Source: an uncultured Verrucomicrobiae bacterium
GTDB lineage: Bacteria; Verrucomicrobiota; Verrucomicrobiia; Chthoniobacterales; UBA10450
Direction of reading: 5' to 3'
Length of the DNA: 64,000 nt
Assembly: GCA_963726745.1 (NCBI GenBank)
Contig: CAVSDR010000003.1
Location: 960,001 to 1,024,000, forward strand
A program made the translations under genes and the position numbers. A model generated the notes under the pieces. That model made no database searches. It had not been told where the DNA came from and saw nothing but the letters and a program-made list of their open reading frames with translations. Positions 62,424-64,000 of this stretch are shown piece after piece; position 1 is the stretch's first letter; the number at the start of each line of letters is the position of its first letter.

Positions 62424-62932
62424 CAGCGTTCGTTAGGCAGCGTGATCATCCGGCGGCTGAGCTCGGCGAAAATTTCCTCCACCGCCGCGCCTTCCTTCGC
62501 GCTGGTGCGAAAATAGGTCCAGCCCTTCGTGTCCAGCTGCGCGGTGTGGGCGTCGTCGATCTCCCATTGCGCGGCGAGGTCGGCCTTGTTCAAGGCGAGC
62601 AGAAACGGCACCGGGCCGACGACCTCCGCGACACGTCCCTGGAGCTCGATCGCCTGGTCGAGTGTGACCGCGCGGGTGCCATCGGCGACTAAAAGATAGC
62701 CGCTCGTCCCGCGCAGATAGGAAGTCTGCAGGCGCTGGTAATCGTCGTCGCCCGCGAGATCCCAGATCATGAGCAGGACTTCGGTCCCGCCGGCGTCGAC
62801 CGTTTTCTTGTCGATCTTCACGCCCACGGTGGTGAGATATTTTTCCGAGAAAAGGCTGTGCACGAACTTGGCCACCAGGCTGGTTTTGCCGACGCCGGAG
62901 GTGCCAAGGAGGCAGACTTTTTTCTGGATCAT
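62423..62932 (-). CDS. Small Ras/Rab-like GTPase
   Basis: G1 GTSGVGKT, G2 TTVG, G3 WDLAG, G4 NKAD, G5 TSAK. Confidence 0.92.
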   Translation of the reverse strand: MIQKKVCLLGTSGVGKTSLVAKFVHSLFSEKYLTTVGVKIDKKTVDAGGTEVLLMIWDLAGDDDYQRLQTSYLRGTSGYLLVADGTRAVTLDQAIELQGRVAEVVGPVPFLLALNKADLAAQWEIDDAHTAQLDTKGWTYFRTSAKEGAAVEEIFAELSRRMITLPNER

Positions 62933-64000
62933 GGAAGCGCGAGTGGCCGCGGCACGACCTTGAATTGCACCCGGCGCTCGGCCTCGTCGGGAAGCGGCTT
63001 GCCCTCCGGTGTAGTCGGCGGCGCCTCCTGCGGAAGAGGCAGCAACATCTCGCTGCGAAAGCCGCAGGCCTGCAGGAAATCCCGCACCTTCTCCGCGCGG
63101 CGCAGGCTCAGGTCGCGGTTCTTTTCCTCGGCGCCTACGGAGTCGGCGTGCCCGTGGATTTCGAGCAGAATCTCCAGCCCCAGCCGGCTGGCGGCGCTTT
63201 GACAGCGGCGCAATTCCTCCGGCAAACGCGAGAGCGCGGCGAAGCCCTCGGTGGCGATGTTGTCCTTCCCGAGCAGGAAATAGACGAAGGCATTTGCGAT
63301 CACGGAGCGGGACTCGTTAAAGGCGCGCTGGTCGACGTCGACGACCTTGCGCTCGTCGAGCGCGGTGATTCCCGGGAGCGTGGTCGCGCGGTCGCGGATT
63401 TTCGCGAGCCAGCGATGTGAGGCTTCGCCGGTGAGGATGAGTTTGCCGTTGGCCACGGCCGCGGTCACGCCCTCCGGCAGGCCGAGTTGCTCCTCGAAAC
63501 GGCGGGCCGCGAGCGCGGGATCGTAGGCAATGCGGAGGTCGCGTTCCTCGATCGCGGCAACGCCGGCGACGAGCGTGCCTTCGCTGCGCACGCGCGTGAG
63601 CCACTCGTAAGGCGCGGCCCCGGAGACGACGAGATGATTGCCCTCGACCGCGAGCCGCGCGCCGGCTGGCGGCTGGAAACGCTGGTCGACGCGCCGCTGC
63701 ACGCTCGCGGGATCGAGCGCAAGATAATCCTTCCAGGCGAAGCGGATGCGCGCGGGATTCATCCCGGTGCGCTGCGCGACCTGCTCCGGGTCGACCGCCG
63801 CGTGGTCGCGCAGGCCGGAGACTTCCGAAGGGCGAAACCAATGCCGCTGCGCTTCCGTGATCACGATCCCGGGCTGCGCGGCGAGCTCGCCGACAAAGTG
63901 CTGCCAACGCCGCTCCGCCCGCCAGAGGCTCACGATCGCGCCGGCACAAAGTGCTGCCAAAATCACCAGGAGAAACCACGCACGCGATGGGCGGCGGCCG
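62929..64000 (-). CDS. OmpA-family protein with BON-like repeats, C-terminal part (runs off window end)
   Basis: TM, two repeats of L-x2-(S/T)G-x-A-x3-WL, then IHGHADSVG, NRDLSLRRA, RRVQF. Confidence 0.82.
   Translation of the reverse strand, partial: GRRPSRAWFLLVILAALCAGAIVSLWRAERRWQHFVGELAAQPGIVITEAQRHWFRPSEVSGLRDHAAVDPEQVAQRTGMNPARIRFAWKDYLALDPASVQRRVDQRFQPPAGARLAVEGNHLVVSGAAPYEWLTRVRSEGTLVAGVAAIEERDLRIAYDPALAARRFEEQLGLPEGVTAAVANGKLILTGEASHRWLAKIRDRATTLPGITALDERKVVDVDQRAFNESRSVIANAFVYFLLGKDNIATEGFAALSRLPEELRRCQSAASRLGLEILLEIHGHADSVGAEEKNRDLSLRRAEKVRDFLQACGFRSEMLLPLPQEAPPTTPEGKPLPDEAERRVQFKVVPRPLALP

Larger units (their letters stand above)
3088..62437. repeat. Dispersed highly iterated word TCGTTAGG(C) / (G)CCTAACGA
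   Basis: 41 exact 8-mer copies by manual count (20 as TCGTTAGG, 21 as CCTAACGA); positions listed in findings. Confidence 0.9.

Noticed and set aside
3088..62437. TCGTTAGG as a Chi or KOPS site
   Set aside because: Orientation is 20 versus 21 and interleaved along the window, whereas Chi and KOPS are strongly co-oriented within a replichore.

Overview
GC-rich bacterial chromosomal DNA (about 65-68% GC, estimated by eye). Gene families and C-terminal secretion-type domains suggest Verrucomicrobiota, Chthoniobacterales/Spartobacteria-like (inference). The window holds about 59 tightly packed protein genes, mostly housekeeping (iscS-like, hisC, mnmE, pyrD, bioB, lysA, pilT, sodC, carB plus an arginine operon, lon, thiG, polX, priA). 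I saw no rRNA, tRNA or CRISPR array. About 11 genes carry frameshifts that each resolve by deleting one base, which looks like long-read error rather than pseudogenisation. Main observations: (1) a REP-associated tyrosine transposase (RAYT, HUH Y1) cassette bounded by 49-bp double-hairpin inverted repeats sits in frame inside carB; (2) the non-palindromic word TCGTTAGG(C) occurs at least 41 times with no strand bias, and a second word, WWWTAGCCRRC, about 30 times, a pattern like DNA uptake sequences; (3) the arginine operon lacks argA/argJ, encodes a succinyl-type ArgF', and carries a translationally coupled DUF1611-like P-loop gene that is a candidate new glutamate N-acylating enzyme; (4) a split ArgZ/AgrE-like arginine catabolic pair; (5) an OmpA / Rab-like GTPase / pseudokinase / REC-MBL operon. 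All calls come from motif recognition and manual counting; no database search was run.
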